Assembly: GCF_030384885.1 (NCBI RefSeq)
Contig: NZ_CP128613.1
Length of the DNA stretch: 64,000 nt
Reading direction: 5' to 3' (one strand)
DNA from: Escherichia coli
Lineage (GTDB): Bacteria; Pseudomonadota; Gammaproteobacteria; Enterobacterales; Enterobacteriaceae
Each line of letters starts with the position of its first letter. The first letter of the stretch is position 1. Made by a program: the position numbers and the translations under genes. A model generated the notes under the pieces. That model had not been told where the DNA came from. It saw nothing but the letters and a program-made list of their open reading frames with translations, and did not search any database. Of this stretch, positions 61,282 through 64,000 are shown one piece after another.

Positions 61282-61749
61282 ATGTCTGCCGTACTGACCG
61301 CTGAACAAGCCCTGAAATTAGTGGGTGAGATGTTTGTTTATCACATGCCATTTAACCGTGCGTTAGGGATGGAACTGGAGCGTTACGAAAAAGAGTTCGC
61401 ACAGCTGGCCTTTAAAAATCAGCCAATGATGGTGGGTAACTGGGCGCAAAGCATTTTGCACGGCGGGGTCATTGCGTCGGCGCTGGATGTCGCCGCAGGT
61501 CTGGTGTGCGTGGGAAGTACCTTAACCCGCCACGAAACCATCAGTGAAGATGAACTACGCCAGCGGCTATCGCGGATGGGGACCATTGATCTTCGCGTCG
61601 ATTATCTGCGCCCAGGCAGGGGCGAGCGTTTTACTGCTACCAGTAGTCTGTTGCGTGCAGGCAATAAAGTCGCCGTTGCCCGCGTTGAATTACACAATGA
61701 AGATCAGCTTTATATTGCCAGTGCCACCGCCACCTATATGGTAGGTTGA
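61282..61749 (+). CDS. yigI: hotdog-fold thioesterase-like protein YigI
   Basis: 155-aa ORF from [18 protein letters not shown] with SD TAAGGA; PaaI/4HBT-like pattern. Confidence 0.88.
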   Translation: MSAVLTAEQALKLVGEMFVYHMPFNRALGMELERYEKEFAQLAFKNQPMMVGNWAQSILHGGVIASALDVAAGLVCVGSTLTRHETISEDELRQRLSRMGTIDLRVDYLRPGRGERFTATSSLLRAGNKVAVARVELHNEDQLYIASATATYMVG

Positions 61750-61800
61750 TAACGTAAAAGCAGGTAAACTGCTTTTACCCATAAAAAATGAGTTTTTCCA

Positions 61801-62691
61801 ATGGATATCAAACAAACGCGGCAGGGCGTATTACTCGCTCTTGCCGCTTATTTTATTTGGGGTATTGCGCCAGCGTACTTCAAGCTGATTTACTACGTGC
61901 CCGCCGATGAGATCCTGACGCATCGCGTGATCTGGTCGTTTTTCTTTATGGTGGTGCTGATGAGCATTTGCCGCCAGTGGTCCTATTTAAAAACGCTGAT
62001 TCAGACACCACAGAAAATTTTTATGCTGGCAGTCTCTGCCGTGCTGATTGGTGGCAACTGGCTACTGTTTATCTGGGCGGTGAACAATCACCATATGCTG
62101 GAAGCGAGCCTTGGTTACTTTATTAACCCGCTGGTGAACATTGTGCTGGGGATGATTTTCCTCGGCGAGCGATTCCGCCGGATGCAATGGCTGGCGGTGA
62201 TTCTGGCGATATGTGGTGTATTGGTCCAGCTCTGGACTTTTGGTTCGCTGCCAATCATCGCGCTGGGGCTGGCGTTTAGTTTTGCCTTCTACGGCCTGGT
62301 ACGCAAGAAAATTGCCGTTGAAGCGCAAACCGGCATGTTAATCGAAACCATGTGGCTGCTGCCCGTGGCGGCGATTTACCTGTTTGCTATTGCCGACAGC
62401 TCAACCAGCCATATGGGGCAAAACCCGATGTCGCTGAATTTACTGCTGATCGCCGCCGGTATTGTCACCACCGTGCCACTGTTATGTTTTACCGCAGCAG
62501 CTACACGCTTACGACTCTCAACATTAGGCTTTTTCCAGTACATTGGGCCGACGCTAATGTTCCTGTTGGCAGTGACGTTTTATGGTGAAAAACCGGGAGC
62601 CGATAAGATGGTGACTTTCGCCTTTATTTGGGTAGCGCTGGCAATTTTTGTGATGGATGCGATTTATACGCAGCGTAGAACGTCCAAATAA
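61801..62691 (+). CDS. rarD: DMT-superfamily transporter RarD
   Basis: 296-aa ten-TM EamA-type protein (MDIKQTRQGVLLALAAYFIWGIAPAYFKL). Confidence 0.95.
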   Translation: MDIKQTRQGVLLALAAYFIWGIAPAYFKLIYYVPADEILTHRVIWSFFFMVVLMSICRQWSYLKTLIQTPQKIFMLAVSAVLIGGNWLLFIWAVNNHHMLEASLGYFINPLVNIVLGMIFLGERFRRMQWLAVILAICGVLVQLWTFGSLPIIALGLAFSFAFYGLVRKKIAVEAQTGMLIETMWLLPVAAIYLFAIADSSTSHMGQNPMSLNLLLIAAGIVTTVPLLCFTAAATRLRLSTLGFFQYIGPTLMFLLAVTFYGEKPGADKMVTFAFIWVALAIFVMDAIYTQRRTSK

Positions 62692-62785
62692 AAAATAAAT
62701 ATATTCTGAAAAAATATGCCGACTCTTGCATGAGAGTGGGCATATTGCCATGCTGACAGGAGACTCACACAAGGATGTAAAATTT

Positions 62786-63166
62786 ATGTTGCGTATATTT
62801 ATCCCAACATCTAACGGTAAGATTTCCAGACGTCGTTATATATTTTCATTTATTTTAATAAATTTCATTTTTGCCTTTCTTATTATCTTTTTTAACGATG
62901 GGGACGCAGGTTTTCTTGTTATTGTCTCTACCATCGCACTCCATTATCTCGTCATCAACATGAATTGCCAACGACTCCGTGATAGTGGTTTCATATATAT
63001 AAAAACTTATATTTTTGGTACATTAGCAGTATATATCATCTCTATCATCACAATGATAGCCGAACATTTTGATTGTTCAGGCAATGGTTCGATGATTTTT
63101 TTGATTTGTTATTTTTCCACTTTCAGTATGCTAATGCTTGCACCTACTGATTCATCAAAACAATAG
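62786..63166 (+). CDS. yigG: small inner membrane protein YigG
   Basis: 126-aa hydrophobic ORF from [18 protein letters not shown] with SD AAGGATG; AT-rich codon usage. Confidence 0.8.
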   Translation: MLRIFIPTSNGKISRRRYIFSFILINFIFAFLIIFFNDGDAGFLVIVSTIALHYLVINMNCQRLRDSGFIYIKTYIFGTLAVYIISIITMIAEHFDCSGNGSMIFLICYFSTFSMLMLAPTDSSKQ

Positions 63167-63179
63167 TTATGGAGTATTT

Positions 63180-63560
63180 ATGAGTAAGGAATATATGAAC
63201 GATGGTTCATTAAGTGAAAAATGGAAATATCGCTTTAGTTTTTATGATCAACATGGCTTTCCTGGATTCTGGGGGGCAACACCAGAATATAAAGCAGCAT
63301 TTAAAGCATTAAAAGTAAGACAACGATTAACTATTCAAATTAATTTCATTGCTTTCTTCTGTTCCTGGATCTATCTATTTGTTCTGGGTTTATGGAAAAA
63401 AGCAATTATAGTTCTATTACTTTGCATTCTATCTCTATTTGTTGGTGCACTAATTGGCGTTAACATTTTGGGAATTGCCGTAGCAGCCTATGTTGCTGTT
63501 AACACGAACAAATGGTTTTATGAGAAAGAGGTAAAAGGGTTAAATACCTGGAGCCTTTGA
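63180..63560 (+). CDS. yigF: DUF2628 inner membrane protein YigF
   Basis: 126-aa ORF from MSKEYMNDGSLSEKWKYRF with SD GGAG; two predicted TM helices. Confidence 0.8.
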   Translation: MSKEYMNDGSLSEKWKYRFSFYDQHGFPGFWGATPEYKAAFKALKVRQRLTIQINFIAFFCSWIYLFVLGLWKKAIIVLLLCILSLFVGALIGVNILGIAVAAYVAVNTNKWFYEKEVKGLNTWSL

Positions 63561-63602
63561 ATAACTGGTGGCTTAGCCGGGCTAAACCACCACTCTCGTT
63601 TT

Positions 63603-64000
63603 TTACAACCAGTTCTTCCGTTTAAAGTACAGATACGGTGCCAGGCCCGCGAGGATCATAAAGATAATCGCGCCTGGGTAGCCGAAGCTCCACTTCAGTT
63701 CCGGCATAAACTCAAAGTTCATCCCGTAGCTGGAAGCGACCAGCGTCGGTGGCAGGAACACCACGGATACCACCGAGAAGATTTTGATGATGCGGTTCTG
63801 CTCGATATTGATAAAGCCCATCGCCGCCTGCATCAGGAAGTTCACCTTCTGGAACAGGGATTCGTTATGCGGCAGCAGGGATTCGATATCTCGCAGGATT
63901 TCACGCGCCTGCTCCAGTTGCCCACCCGGTAAGCGTGCTTTACGTACCAGGAAGTTGAGCGCGCGCTGGGTATCCATCAGACACAGGCGAACTTTCCAGC
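63603..64000 (-). CDS. corA: magnesium/cobalt transporter CorA, C-terminal portion only (5' end beyond window)
   Basis: Minus-strand frame ends ...[41 protein letters not shown] with the CorA GMN signature and two C-terminal TM helices; open to the window end. Confidence 0.9.
   Translation of the reverse strand, partial: WKVRLCLMDTQRALNFLVRKARLPGGQLEQAREILRDIESLLPHNESLFQKVNFLMQAAMGFINIEQNRIIKIFSVVSVVFLPPTLVASSYGMNFEFMPELKWSFGYPGAIIFMILAGLAPYLYFKRKNWL

Overview
This window is a contiguous piece of Escherichia-type chromosome, which I recognise by recall of translated ORFs and RNA sequences as the glnA to corA region, read in reverse orientation relative to the E. coli K-12 map. It runs typA (5' end), glnALG, yshB, hemN, yihI, csrC, engB, spf, polA, yihG, yihF, dsbA, srkA, yihD, mobAB, a complete rrnA-type rRNA operon (16S, tRNA-Ile, tRNA-Ala, 23S, 5S, with P1/P2 promoters and boxA), hemG, trkH, yigZ, pepQ, fadBA, fre, ubiD, rfaH, tatDCBA, ubiB, ubiJ, ubiE, rmuC, udp, ysgA, metE, metR, yigM, yigL, pldB, rhtB, rhtC, recQ, pldA, yigI, rarD, yigG, yigF and the 3' end of corA. 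Two segments do not fit the K-12 gene order as I remember it and are the main candidates for accessory content. The first (about 40.9-46.7 kb, between rmuC and udp) is a six-gene same-strand cluster: IclR-family regulator, DgoK-like 2-dehydro-3-deoxy-sugar-acid kinase, DgoA/Eda-like aldolase and a TctCBA tripartite tricarboxylate-type transporter, preceded by a perfect 12-bp inverted repeat. The second (about 48.6-50.7 kb, between the convergent ysgA and metE) is a low-GC module encoding an Hcp (type VI secretion tube protein) fused to a roughly 220-residue C-terminal extension, followed by an overlapping small ORF in a toxin/immunity-like arrangement, with no other T6SS genes in the window. 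Everything here comes from reading the sequence and the ORF track; no database search was run, so family assignments and the K-12 comparison are from memory and need confirmation.
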